Of a DNA stretch of 36,385 nucleotides, positions 25,940 through 35,632 are shown piece by piece. The stretch is from Chloroflexi bacterium RBG_16_57_11 (GTDB taxonomy: Bacteria > Chloroflexota > Anaerolineae > Anaerolineales > UBA4823), in the NCBI GenBank assembly GCA_001795165.1, contig MGNS01000150.1:49114-85498 (forward strand). Reading direction: 5' to 3'. The notes beneath the pieces are model-generated. The model did not search any database. It was not told the DNA's origin and worked only from the letters and a program-made list of their open reading frames with translations. Every line of letters starts with the position of its first letter. Position 1 is the first letter of the stretch. The position numbers were made by a program, and so were the translations under genes.

Positions 25940-26626
25940 ATGGGAACAATCCTGGTAGTCGACGATGAGCCACGTTATCTGCGCTTAATGGAAGCCAACC
26001 TGATCACGGAGGGCTTTCAGGTCCTGAAAGCGACCAATGGGCAGGAAGCTGTGGATGTCGTAGTGGAGCGCCATCCGGAATTAGTGCTTCTGGATGTGAT
26101 GATGCCTGTGCTGGACGGGTTCGGAGCCTGCGAGCGCATTCGTGAGTTCTCCAATGTGCCAATCATCATCGTGACCGCCCGTGGAAGCGAGCAAGATCGC
26201 GTGCGCGGGCTGGATCTGGGGGCGGATGATTATATCGTCAAGCCCTTTTCCGCCACCGAGCTATTAGCACGCGTGCGTGCAGTGCTGCGCCGCGCCCAGC
26301 CGGCCGCAAGCGCTTTTCAGCAATCCGTGTTCACTCATGGAAACCTGCGGATAGATTTCGCCAGAGCCGAAGTGTTCAAGGATGATAAAATAGTGTTCTT
26401 GTCAGCGACAGAATATCGGCTGCTGTTGCAATTCGCACATAACATCGGCATCGTCCTGACCTCCGAACAGTTACTCACCGACGTATGGGGATCTGAATAT
26501 CATGATGATAAGGAAATTTTGTGGGTGAGCATCTCTCGCCTGCGCCAGAAATTAGAAAATGACGTAAAAAATCCACAACACATCCTGACCCGCTCGGGGT
26601 TGGGTTACACCATGCCACCCGTGTGA
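25940..26626 (+). CDS. OmpR/PhoB-family DNA-binding response regulator
   Basis: GAAGGAGG SD. ILVVDDEP, LLDVMMPVLDG, DDYIVKPF, and a winged-helix C-terminus ...ISRLRQKLE...ILTRSGLGY. Confidence 0.9.
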   Translation: MGTILVVDDEPRYLRLMEANLITEGFQVLKATNGQEAVDVVVERHPELVLLDVMMPVLDGFGACERIREFSNVPIIIVTARGSEQDRVRGLDLGADDYIVKPFSATELLARVRAVLRRAQPAASAFQQSVFTHGNLRIDFARAEVFKDDKIVFLSATEYRLLLQFAHNIGIVLTSEQLLTDVWGSEYHDDKEILWVSISRLRQKLENDVKNPQHILTRSGLGYTMPPV

Positions 26627-26665
26627 ACGACGAGTAGCATGCCGCGCGACGGCAGGAGACAAGCC

Positions 26666-26980
26666 ATGTCGATCCATTATGACGATAAAGGTAAGTTCTT
26701 TACCGATATTATACTTAAGGAAGCAGTGCCAGTGCTCATCCAGACACTTACAAACCGAATTCATGGCAACATCTATGTTCGCCCAGGCGAGCGGATAAAG
26801 GATCAAATTAACCAGGAGGATATGTTCCTGGCTGTGACCGATGCGATCATATACGATCTATCCGGTGAAGAGCTCTATCATTGCGACTTTCTGCTGGTCA
26901 ACCGGGCACATCTTATCTGGCTGATGCCGGAGGATCAGGAACAAAATCAAGAACCCGGGGATGAAGGAGCCTCAACTTGA
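26666..26980 (+). CDS. Hypothetical small protein (weak Sm-like pattern)
   Basis: The ATG at 26666 is preceded by AGGAGA. Its stop overlaps the TTG start of the CpaF gene. I recognise no family with confidence. Confidence 0.6.
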   Translation: MSIHYDDKGKFFTDIILKEAVPVLIQTLTNRIHGNIYVRPGERIKDQINQEDMFLAVTDAIIYDLSGEELYHCDFLLVNRAHLIWLMPEDQEQNQEPGDEGAST

Positions 26981-28326
26981 CCTTGCCTTCCAAACCAACG
27001 CCCGCGGGCGCACCGCGCGGGCAAACCATCGACCTGGCAAAAGTCAAAAGCTTTTTACTCAGCTCACTAACCAAGGTGATGGACAGCTCAGAGAACCTGT
27101 CCTCCGAGCAGCGTCGCCTGGCGACCCAACAAAACCTGGCGCAGATCTACGCACGCACCGGGTTGAACCTGACAAAGGATGTTCGGGAGAAGCTTATTAA
27201 GGAAGTTCTGGACGAGTTGAGTGGATTTGGCCCCATCCAACCTCTTCTGGATGACGATGAAATTACAGAGGTCATGGTCAATGGGCCAAATAATGTTTAT
27301 GTCGAACGGCTGGGGAAGGTGATCAAGACGAATGTCACCTTCGAAAATAATGACCATATCCTGCGAGTGATTGATCGAATTGTCTCTCCATTGGGCCGGC
27401 GGATTGACTACGACCGCCCGACTGTTGACGCCCGTTTACCGGATGGCTCGCGCGTCAACGCGGTTGTTCCGCCGGTGGCGATCGATGGCCCATCCGTAAC
27501 TATCCGCAAATTCAGCCGAGAGCGCCTTACTGTCAGCCAATTGGTGGCGATTGGCTCATTGACCGAATCGATGGCTGAGTTTTTAAATGCTTGCGTGATT
27601 GCACGCTTCAACATCTTGATTTCCGGTGGCACGGGCTCGGGGAAGACCACCCTTCTGAACATCCTTTCGGGGTTTATCCCTGAAGACGAGCGCATTGTAA
27701 CAATTGAAGATGCGGCTGAGCTGCAGCTGCAGCAAGATCACGTGGTGCGATTGGAAACCAAACAGCCGAATGCAGATGGCAGCGGAGGGGTGACCATCCG
27801 CGATTTAGTGCGGAATTCGCTCCGAATGCGCCCGGACCGAATTGTAGTAGGCGAGGTGCGCGGCGGCGAAGCACTCGATATGCTGCAGGCGATGAACACC
27901 GGTCACGATGGCTCACTCACTACCCTGCACGCCAACGCGCCGCGCGATGCAATCTCTCGCCTCGAAACGATGACCTTGATGGCTGGCATCGAGCTGCCGA
28001 TTAAGGTGGTGCGCGAGCAGGTCGCATCGGCGGTAGATTTGATCGTGCATCAATCCCGCTTGCGGGATGGCGCGCGCAAGGTGACACAGATCACCGAAGT
28101 AGCCGGCATGGAAGGCGATACGATCGTGCTGACAGATATTTACAAATTCGAACAAACCGGGGTCAGCCAGGAAGGTAATGTCTTGGGTGAGTTAAAGCCT
28201 ACCGGGATCCGCCCGTTGTTCTCCCCCCGTCTGGAAGCTGCTGGCTTCAAGCTGCGCCCCGAAATCTTTGGAATTAATGTCGCCGAGATGCTGGTTCAGA
28301 ACCGCCGTCCAGCGCGTGGTCGATGA
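26977..28326 (+). CDS. CpaF/TadA-family type IV filament (Tad pilus) secretion ATPase
   Basis: The TTG start is preceded by GAAGGAG. Walker [49 protein letters not shown]. Confidence 0.9.
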   Translation: MTLPSKPTPAGAPRGQTIDLAKVKSFLLSSLTKVMDSSENLSSEQRRLATQQNLAQIYARTGLNLTKDVREKLIKEVLDELSGFGPIQPLLDDDEITEVMVNGPNNVYVERLGKVIKTNVTFENNDHILRVIDRIVSPLGRRIDYDRPTVDARLPDGSRVNAVVPPVAIDGPSVTIRKFSRERLTVSQLVAIGSLTESMAEFLNACVIARFNILISGGTGSGKTTLLNILSGFIPEDERIVTIEDAAELQLQQDHVVRLETKQPNADGSGGVTIRDLVRNSLRMRPDRIVVGEVRGGEALDMLQAMNTGHDGSLTTLHANAPRDAISRLETMTLMAGIELPIKVVREQVASAVDLIVHQSRLRDGARKVTQITEVAGMEGDTIVLTDIYKFEQTGVSQEGNVLGELKPTGIRPLFSPRLEAAGFKLRPEIFGINVAEMLVQNRRPARGR

Positions 28327-28397
28327 GAGGTATAATCAAAGTTCGGTCGAATTTGTGAAACCGACCTTGAATCAATACGTTTTACAGGGAGAAACGT

Positions 28398-29078
28398 ATG
28401 GCTATCAATCCATCAAACATGAACCAAAAGTCGATCATGATTGGTAAGCTTATCCATGAAGCACGCCGGAAAACCAATCAAAAAGCCGAGGACTGCGCAC
28501 AGGCAATCGGAGTGAGCACTGAGCAATTCAAAGCCTACGAGCGTGGTGAAAAACCAATCTCCCTTCCGGAGCTAGAAGCTGTGGCTTATTTCCTGGATGT
28601 GCCAATCGAGCATTTTTGGGCGCGCGAAACCGCAGCGCTTGGCAGCAACTACCGGGCCCTCTCCGATATGGATAAATTAATCCCTCTGAGGAACCGCATG
28701 ATCGGCGCGATGCTGCGCCAGGCGCGCCTGGAAGCTGGATTGAGCCTGGAAGCACTGGCGGCGAACACAGAAATCGACGCAGCCCGGTTAGAAGCGTTCG
28801 AGGTGGGTGAAGAGTCGGTTCCAGTACCTGAATTGGAAGCCCTGAGCGGGATGCTGCAACGCTCGATCCGCGAGTTTCAAGATCTCCATGGACCGGTCGG
28901 TATCTGGAATGCCCAACAGCGCGCGCTACATAGTTTTTTGCAATTGCCGTTGGAGATGCAGTTGTTCATAACGAAACCCGTTAATCGCCCATACCTGGAT
29001 CTCGCAGTGCGCCTGAGTGGTATGTCGGTGGATAAGCTGCGCGCGGTGGCAGAAGGATTGCTGGAGATCACATACTGA
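28398..29078 (+). CDS. Tandem XRE-family helix-turn-helix protein
   Basis: There are two HTH_3-like units: IGKLIHEARRKTNQKAEDCAQAIGVSTEQFKAYERGEKPISLPELE and IGAMLRQARLEAGLSLEALAANTEIDAARLEAFEVGEESVPVPELE. Confidence 0.75.
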   Translation: MAINPSNMNQKSIMIGKLIHEARRKTNQKAEDCAQAIGVSTEQFKAYERGEKPISLPELEAVAYFLDVPIEHFWARETAALGSNYRALSDMDKLIPLRNRMIGAMLRQARLEAGLSLEALAANTEIDAARLEAFEVGEESVPVPELEALSGMLQRSIREFQDLHGPVGIWNAQQRALHSFLQLPLEMQLFITKPVNRPYLDLAVRLSGMSVDKLRAVAEGLLEITY

Positions 29079-29626
29079 TGGCTGAAGCAACCTCCCCACA
29101 AAGGCTGGCAAAAGAAGGGAAAGCAGCCTACAAGCGCGGGGATTATCAAGCAGCGGCGCAAGCCTTCGAAGCAGCACGTCTTGGATACAAGACCATGGGC
29201 GATGAGCTCGAAGCAGCCGAGATGGCGAATAATTGCAGCGTGGCGTATCTTCAAGCCGGAGATGGTGAGGCTGCCCTGGCTGCCGTGGAGGGCAGTGAGA
29301 CGATCTTTGCTCAAGCAGGTGACATGCGGCGACAGGGCATGGCTCTTGGGAATCGGGGGGCGGCGTTAGAAGCCCTGGGTCGCTCTGATGAAGCCATCGC
29401 GGCTTATCAACAAGCGGCTGAAATCTTGCAGCAAGCGGGGGAAGATCAGCTGCGCGCCCAGGTCATGCAATCTTTATCGATGTTGCAGCTACAGATGGGC
29501 CGCCAACTACAGGCGTTAGCCTCGTTACAGAATGGTCTCGAAGGGGTGGAACGACCGAGCGCCAGCCAGAAAATTCTCAAGAAGCTGTTAGATATCCCCT
29601 TCAATATCGCCACCGGAAAGAAATAA
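29078..29626 (+). CDS. Tetratricopeptide-repeat protein
   Basis: Repeated A/G/Y-rich 34-residue units (YKRGDYQAAAQAFEAA..., NNCSVAYLQAGDGEAALAA..., ALGNRGAALEALGRSDEAIAAYQQA...). The start overlaps the upstream stop by 1 nt (TGATG). Confidence 0.7.
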   Translation: MAEATSPQRLAKEGKAAYKRGDYQAAAQAFEAARLGYKTMGDELEAAEMANNCSVAYLQAGDGEAALAAVEGSETIFAQAGDMRRQGMALGNRGAALEALGRSDEAIAAYQQAAEILQQAGEDQLRAQVMQSLSMLQLQMGRQLQALASLQNGLEGVERPSASQKILKKLLDIPFNIATGKK

Positions 29627-29647
29627 TCATCTTATTGTTTGAATACC

Positions 29648-30520
29648 ATGCTTATAAAGACGCGATCTTCCATTCGGAAAGCCACAACCAACGACCTACA
29701 AAAGCTAGCCAACCTGATCCACTTCGAAGCTCACATTCACCGGCACCTGGATTACAGACCTCCGCTCGATTGGGTTGGCGAAGAGCCTTTTCTGGTTTTG
29801 GAGCAAAACGACTCCATCATCGCTGCACTGGCGTGCCCGCCCGATCCACCGCAAGTCGCCTGGATCCGGCTTTTTGCGGCTGCTTCAAGAGTGCAAACTT
29901 CGCACGCCTGGGAGACTCTGTGGGCTGAGGCTGCGGCAAACCTGCAAGCCGCGCGCCAGCCCTGCTGGCTGGCCGCCATCCCCATGCAAAAATGGTTTGA
30001 AGATTTGCTCGTTAAAAGTTCACTCGAATATACTCACAGCATCACGATGCTCAATTGGGATAGCCAGCCTCTGCCTGAGCCGCCGGCCGACACCGGGTGC
30101 AACCTTCGCCCGATGACCTTTGATGACCTGCCGGAGGTTCAGCGAGTCGATCAGGCATCCTTTTCTCCCATCTGGCAAAATTCCCGGCCTTGCCTGGAGC
30201 TTGCTTTTCGCCAGGCATCGATTGCTACCGTGATCGAAAAAGATGGCCGACTGGTTGGTTATCAGATTAGCTCCGCGACGCCGATTGGTGGGCACCTCGC
30301 CCGTCTGGCAGTCAGGCCAGAGCAACGCGGTCATGGGATCGGATACCAATTATTGCACGATTTGCTCACACAGTTTATCCGCCGAGGGGCTCAAACAATA
30401 ACCGTAAATACACAGAAGGATAATATCGCTTCGCTTGCTTTGTACGAGCGGGCAGGGTTTGAGTTCACTGGTGAAGAATACCCGGTGTTCAAGATGGATA
30501 TTTCACCAGATCCACGCTAA
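29648..30520 (+). CDS. GNAT family N-acetyltransferase (two GNAT-like halves)
   Basis: The C-terminal half has the acetyl-CoA motif RPEQRGHGIGYQLL and NIASLALYERAGF. Confidence 0.75.
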   Translation: MLIKTRSSIRKATTNDLQKLANLIHFEAHIHRHLDYRPPLDWVGEEPFLVLEQNDSIIAALACPPDPPQVAWIRLFAAASRVQTSHAWETLWAEAAANLQAARQPCWLAAIPMQKWFEDLLVKSSLEYTHSITMLNWDSQPLPEPPADTGCNLRPMTFDDLPEVQRVDQASFSPIWQNSRPCLELAFRQASIATVIEKDGRLVGYQISSATPIGGHLARLAVRPEQRGHGIGYQLLHDLLTQFIRRGAQTITVNTQKDNIASLALYERAGFEFTGEEYPVFKMDISPDPR

Positions 30521-30576
30521 GAAAATCGACCGAATCCGAAACCCACTCCTTAAATACCAAAAACCGGAAAATCGCC

Positions 30577-31413
30577 ATGGAACCTGTTCAATTTTCAATT
30601 CGAGCGCAGGATGGTCTTAATCTTCACACAGTAGAGTGGTCACCCCAGGCTGAAGCCAAAGCAGTCGTTTGTCTGATCCACGGACTTGGCGACCACTGCG
30701 GTCGCTATGCCCATATCGCCGATGCCTTTAACCGGGCCGGATATGTCGTGCTGGCCTTCGATCTGCGCGGTCATGGAAAGTCCGGGGGGCCGCGCGGTCA
30801 TACCCCCTCCAGCGAGGCGTTTCTGGACGATATTGACCGTCTGCTCGCGGAAGCGGAGAAACGCTACCCGGGGAAGCCGCGCTTTTTGTATGGTCACAGC
30901 CTGGGCGGAACACTTGTGCTGTATAGCAGCCTGCGCCGCGACCCGCAAATTAGCGGCCTGATTTCCACAGGTGCCGGATTGCACAGCCCCCTGATCGAGC
31001 AGAAGCTCAAAGTCGCCTTTGCCAACGCAATGGCGGTTGTGCTCCCTACCATGACCTTGCCGACCGGTCTCAACCCCGAGTTGCTCTCTCATGACCCGCA
31101 AGTTGTGCAGGATTACCGGGATGATCCATTGGTGCATTACAAAGCATCACTGGCCATGGCCAGGAGCACAATCCGTGCAATCCACTGGACCATGGAACAC
31201 GCCACGGAGATGAAGCAGCCCCTCTTGCTGATGCATGGAGCTGCTGACCAGCTTACCTACCCCAGCGGAAGCCAGGAGTTTGCCAGGCGGGTACCTGGGA
31301 GCTGCACATTGCGTTTATGGGATGGCCTGTACCACGAAATACACAACGAACCAGAAAAAGAACAGGTAATCGCCGAGATGATCCGTTGGATGGATAACGA
31401 GCTTGACCGATAA
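30577..31413 (+). CDS. Alpha/beta hydrolase (lysophospholipase / monoacylglycerol lipase-like)
   Basis: VCLIHGLGDHCGRY, nucleophile elbow GHSLGG, and late motifs HGAADQL and YHEIHNE. Confidence 0.85.
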   Translation: MEPVQFSIRAQDGLNLHTVEWSPQAEAKAVVCLIHGLGDHCGRYAHIADAFNRAGYVVLAFDLRGHGKSGGPRGHTPSSEAFLDDIDRLLAEAEKRYPGKPRFLYGHSLGGTLVLYSSLRRDPQISGLISTGAGLHSPLIEQKLKVAFANAMAVVLPTMTLPTGLNPELLSHDPQVVQDYRDDPLVHYKASLAMARSTIRAIHWTMEHATEMKQPLLLMHGAADQLTYPSGSQEFARRVPGSCTLRLWDGLYHEIHNEPEKEQVIAEMIRWMDNELDR

Positions 31414-31500
31414 CCAGAATTTGACCTAAATTCCCCCTGGACAAATGAGGGTCATCGTGGCAAAATCGGCCCACATTCGAATAAATATCTGGAGCATAGC

Positions 31501-32244
31501 ATGAGTGATAAGAAAGAAGGAATGAGCAAGCGTCAGGCAAGGAGGGAAGAGATCCGCCGGAAGGAGCGCCAACAACGCCTGCTTCTTTTTGGTCTGATCG
31601 CGGCAGTCGCGCTGGGGATTGTCGCTCTTATTGTCGTACCAGCAATACGGTCTGCGAATTCACCGGTGGGTGAGTTTGTAAAAATCACTCCTGGCGCGTA
31701 CACTGCGGTGGAAGGCACAACCATGGGCGACCCGAACGCCAAAGCGAAGATCGAGGTATTTGAAGATTATACCTGCAGCGCGTGCAAGGTTTATACAGAT
31801 TCGATCGAGCCACAGGTGATTAAGGAGCTGGTCGATACCGGGCTGGCTTATTATGTCTTTTATCAATTCCCATTTCTGGACGACCGCGCAGCCAGCAAGG
31901 ATTCCGATCGGTCTGCCAATGCCGCGCTTTGCGCCGCCGATCAGGATCGCTTTTGGGATTATACGAATCTACTGTTTGCCAACCAGACCCATGTGGCTGA
32001 ACAGTTTAGCGATAAGCGGCTGATCGCGTTCGCAGATTCAATTGGACTGGACAAGGCTCAGTTCGAAGCCTGTTATAATGACAACCGATTCCAGAGCCAG
32101 ATTAATGAAGATTTGGCATTGGGTAGAGACAGGGGGATCACGGGCACACCCACTGTGTTTATTAATGGCGTAGACATTGCCCCGGGTAAAGTGCCTACGT
32201 TCGAACAGATGCAACAGGCGGTCCAGGCGGCAAACGGTAACTGA
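31501..32244 (+). CDS. DsbA-family thiol:disulfide oxidoreductase with an N-terminal membrane anchor
   Basis: TM helix LLLFGLIAAVALGIVALIVV. CSAC (CxxC) active site in the FEDYTCSACKVY context, and GTPTVFING. Confidence 0.8.
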   Translation: MSDKKEGMSKRQARREEIRRKERQQRLLLFGLIAAVALGIVALIVVPAIRSANSPVGEFVKITPGAYTAVEGTTMGDPNAKAKIEVFEDYTCSACKVYTDSIEPQVIKELVDTGLAYYVFYQFPFLDDRAASKDSDRSANAALCAADQDRFWDYTNLLFANQTHVAEQFSDKRLIAFADSIGLDKAQFEACYNDNRFQSQINEDLALGRDRGITGTPTVFINGVDIAPGKVPTFEQMQQAVQAANGN

Positions 32245-32265
32245 TCACCAGGGTAAAGGTTTATC

Positions 32266-32302
32266 ACGGGGCTGGAGCCTGTCTCCGGCCCCGTTCTTTA
32301 TT
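32266..32302. terminator. Hairpin terminator between the convergent dsbA-like and pduO-type genes
   Basis: ACGGGGCTGGAG-CCTGT-CTCCGGCCCCGT forms a 12-bp stem (one G-U pair) followed by TCTTTATT. Confidence 0.55.
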
Positions 32303-32852
32303 AATTCTGGCGTGCTAATGTGGGCGAAGTAACCCCAACAGCCTGGTTCTCATAAAGCTCAAGCGCGAAACATAAAGAGGAGAGCCGGTTCAGATAGCGC
32401 AGCAGCTCTGGGTTTTCGATCAATTGTTCATGATATAGACGAACAACCCTTCGCTCGGCGCGCCGCACTACCGTGCGCGCCAGAGCAAAGGCAGCTCCAG
32501 CGGACGAATCGCCCGGGAGGATGAAATCCTTGGGCATCTCGACCTGGTTGCTCAGAAGGTCCATTTGCTCTTCCAGCCACTTTACCCTGGAGGCATTTAT
32601 CTGGCGGAACCGGGCAGCATTTTCGCGTGTGGCAGCTACTTCCGCCATCAGGTGATAAAGATCGCGCTGTATCGTCAGGACCAGCGCCGAGCTACGCTCC
32701 CCACGACAGGCAGCCCGGCCAACCCCTAATGCAGCAACAGCTTCATCGATCGCGCCGATTGCTTCGGTCAACGGGTGGTATTTAGGTACTCGCCCTTCAC
32801 CCAGCAGGCCGGTATTTCCATCATCCCCTGTGCGGGTATAAAAAGTCGGCAT
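32301..32852 (-). CDS. PduO-type ATP:cob(I)alamin adenosyltransferase
   Basis: The ATG at 32852 is preceded by GGGAGA. MPTFYTRTGDDGNTGLLGEGRVPK is the N-terminal signature. Confidence 0.85.
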   Translation of the reverse strand: MPTFYTRTGDDGNTGLLGEGRVPKYHPLTEAIGAIDEAVAALGVGRAACRGERSSALVLTIQRDLYHLMAEVAATRENAARFRQINASRVKWLEEQMDLLSNQVEMPKDFILPGDSSAGAAFALARTVVRRAERRVVRLYHEQLIENPELLRYLNRLSSLCFALELYENQAVGVTSPTLARQN

Positions 32853-33000
32853 GCTTATTTCTCCCAATCCAGGATCTATTCGAAACCATTTCCCTGTGGA
32901 GATTATAACCTGCACCAGTCCGAATTACGATGTATAATGGAAATGGAAGAGCTCCCAAATATGCATGGGACGAACTAAATAAACCAACCGGAGGACTGGC

Positions 33001-33213
33001 ATGCAAATCCTTTGCTATAACTGCCACAAGCCATATGGATTGAACAAGGAAGCCGTACACGCCGCGCTGGATCAGATGGCCGCGGAAAACCTGAACCATT
33101 ATGATGCTCCCTGCCCTCATTGCCGGCGCGTGAATCGTGTCTCGCGCAAAGAGCTTCAGCGCGCGGCGCCAGACTGGAAGGCCCAGCCTGTGGAGAGGAG
33201 AACGAATGGATAA
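33001..33213 (+). CDS. Small zinc-ribbon protein (hypothetical)
   Basis: GGAGGA lies 5 nt before the ATG. CYNCH...CPHCRR Cys4. Its stop overlaps the MoxR start by 8 nt. Confidence 0.55.
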   Translation: MQILCYNCHKPYGLNKEAVHAALDQMAAENLNHYDAPCPHCRRVNRVSRKELQRAAPDWKAQPVERRTNG

Positions 33214-34177
33214 TACGCGTCGCTTCAGCTCGCCGGGTGAGCTGAAAGCCGCTTTAGGCACGGAGCAATACATCGCCAGCGACGAAATCGCCACCATTAT
33301 GTACCTCAGCCAGGAGCTGGGAAAACCACTTCTGACCGAAGGTCCGGCTGGGGTGGGTAAGACGGAGCTGGCAAAAGCAATCGCTCAGGCTACCTGTCGT
33401 GAGCTGATCCGCCTGCAATGTTACGAGGGTCTGGACGAGACCAAAGCGTTGTATGAGTGGGAATACGCCAAGCAATTACTCTACACGCAGCTTCTACGCG
33501 ACAAGCTCCATGAGACTCTATCGGGGACGGATAATCTGAGCGCGGCGGCAGACCGACTGGCTGATGAGGAAGACGTCTTCTTTTCTATGCGTTTTCTACT
33601 GCAACGACCCTTGCTCAAAGCGATCCTGAGTGAACAACCAACGGTGTTGTTGATCGATGAGATCGACCGCTCGGATGCAGAATTCGAGGCGTTCTTGCTG
33701 GAGGTGTTGAGTGACTTTCAGGTCAGCGTGCCCGAATTGGGGACTTTGGCGGCGGTGCATCGCCCGCTGGTAGTGCTCACCAGCAACAACACTCGCGAGT
33801 TGAGCGAGGCGCTCAAACGCCGCTGCCTGTATTTATTCATCGACTATCCATCCATCGAGCAGGAAATGGCAGTGGTTCGCTTGAAAGTCCCTGAGCTGAA
33901 CGCGAAACTGGCACGCCAGGCCGTGGAGCTGGTGCAAAGCCTGCGCTCGATGGATCTACGCAAGTCTCCAAGTATCAGTGAAACGCTGGATTGGGCAAAA
34001 GCGCTGGTGGCATTGAACGCCCGCCACCTGGACATCCCGATGTTGGAAACCACCTTGAGCATCTTGCTCAAGCATGAGAGCGATCTACAGCGCGCCAAGC
34101 GCTGGATGCAACGTCCGTCAGGCAACACCCGGCCGGGAGAAGATTTCGACACGCGCCCGTCTCGCTGGCGTAACTGA
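33206..34177 (+). CDS. MoxR/CoxD-like AAA+ ATPase
   Basis: The ATG at 33206 is preceded by GGAGAGGAG. Walker A EGPAGVGKTELAKAIA, Walker B VLLIDEIDRSD, LVVLTSNNTRELSEALKRRC. Confidence 0.85.
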   Translation: MDNTRRFSSPGELKAALGTEQYIASDEIATIMYLSQELGKPLLTEGPAGVGKTELAKAIAQATCRELIRLQCYEGLDETKALYEWEYAKQLLYTQLLRDKLHETLSGTDNLSAAADRLADEEDVFFSMRFLLQRPLLKAILSEQPTVLLIDEIDRSDAEFEAFLLEVLSDFQVSVPELGTLAAVHRPLVVLTSNNTRELSEALKRRCLYLFIDYPSIEQEMAVVRLKVPELNAKLARQAVELVQSLRSMDLRKSPSISETLDWAKALVALNARHLDIPMLETTLSILLKHESDLQRAKRWMQRPSGNTRPGEDFDTRPSRWRN

Positions 34178-34251
34178 TCTGGGGTGATGCCAGGCGGCAG
34201 GGCTGTTTCTCGCTCATCGACGCCGGTTACTTATTAGAGGAGCTTACTGGT

Positions 34252-35625
34252 ATGGAAGAGCGGATTGTCAAGTTCATTGCAGCTTTACGTGCGGCAGGCG
34301 TGCGCATCAGCCTGGCTGAGAGCGAGGATGCCTTCCGGGCGATCCACTATTTAGGGATCAAGGATCGCGAGATGTTCCGGCTCAGCCTTCAATCTACGCT
34401 GGTCAAAGACGCCAATAACTTGCCAGTGTATGACGAGCTCTTTCCCATCTTCTTCGGCGGCAACGAGATGCCGCCGATGATCAACCCATCGGATGACCTC
34501 TCGCCTGATGAAGCCCAGATGCTGGCCGAAGCCCTGCGCCAATATAACGACCAGCTGCGCAAGCTGCTGGATAAACTAACCAACGGCGAGCGGCTGAGCC
34601 CGGAGGAGCTAGAAAGACTTGCGAAGATGGTCGGCCTGACACAGATGGATAACCTTCACTACCGCGAGTGGATGGTCCAGAGGATGAAGAAAGCCCTTCA
34701 TTTCAGAGAGGTGCAAGAAGCGCTGCAGGAGCTGGCGGAGATCCTGGGAAAACTGGGGATGGACAAACAGCGCGCCGAGCAGTTGACCCAGCTGATGCAG
34801 GCCAACCAACAGGTGATCGAGGATCAGCTCCGCCAGTTCGCCGGCCAGCGCATTGCTGAGAATATGAGCGACCGTCCGAAGGATGAGGGGATCGACTCAC
34901 TGCTCAACCGGCCTTTTAACGCCCTTTCGGACCGCGATATGGAACGCTTGCGCAAGGAGGTGCAGCGCCTGGCGGCGGCGCTGAAAACGCGCGTCGCCTT
35001 GCGTCAAAAACGGGCCAAGTCCGGACAATTGGACGCCAAAGCCACCATTCGCGCAAATTTGAAGCATGCCAACGTGCCGATCGAGCTCAAGCACCGGGAG
35101 CACAGCCTGAAACCTAAACTGGTGGTGATCTGCGATGTGAGCACCTCCATGCGCTACTGCTCCGAGCTGATGCTAAGCCTGCTGTATCACCTGCAAGACC
35201 TGATCAGTAAAACATTCGCCTTTGCGTTCATCAACCGGCTAGAATTCATTACACCAGACCTGGTCGATCGAGATCCGCACGCTGCAGTGGCCCAGGTGTT
35301 GGAGCGTATGCCGGCGGGCTATTACAATACCGACCTGGGTAACAGCCTGGAGGATTTCCAGCGCGAACACCTGGGCACGGTCGACAGTCGTACCACATTC
35401 ATCATCGTGGGAGATGGGCGGAACAATTATAACGACCCGCGCCTGGATATCTTTAACACCCTAGCCCATCGCACCCGTCGCACGATCTGGATCAACCCCG
35501 AAGCCCCGGGGCTATGGGGGAGTGGCGATAGCGATATGCTGAAATACGCGCCGAGCTGTGACGTGGTCCTGCAAGCCAATACGCTGGCGCAGCTTACGGC
35601 CGCCGTAGATCGCCTGCTGACCTGA
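34252..35625 (+). CDS. VWA domain protein, CoxE-like
   Basis: C-terminal VWA domain with MIDAS VVICDVSTSM (DxSxS) and FIIVGDGRNNYNDP. The N-terminal region is helical. Confidence 0.8.
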   Translation: MEERIVKFIAALRAAGVRISLAESEDAFRAIHYLGIKDREMFRLSLQSTLVKDANNLPVYDELFPIFFGGNEMPPMINPSDDLSPDEAQMLAEALRQYNDQLRKLLDKLTNGERLSPEELERLAKMVGLTQMDNLHYREWMVQRMKKALHFREVQEALQELAEILGKLGMDKQRAEQLTQLMQANQQVIEDQLRQFAGQRIAENMSDRPKDEGIDSLLNRPFNALSDRDMERLRKEVQRLAAALKTRVALRQKRAKSGQLDAKATIRANLKHANVPIELKHREHSLKPKLVVICDVSTSMRYCSELMLSLLYHLQDLISKTFAFAFINRLEFITPDLVDRDPHAAVAQVLERMPAGYYNTDLGNSLEDFQREHLGTVDSRTTFIIVGDGRNNYNDPRLDIFNTLAHRTRRTIWINPEAPGLWGSGDSDMLKYAPSCDVVLQANTLAQLTAAVDRLLT

Positions 35626-35632
35626 GACCGGG

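Noticed and set aside
26961-27200. 79-aa ORF overlapping the start of the CpaF gene in another frame
   Set aside because: The CpaF frame has a good SD and continuous family similarity. The alternative frame is Arg/Pro/Gly-rich with no motifs.
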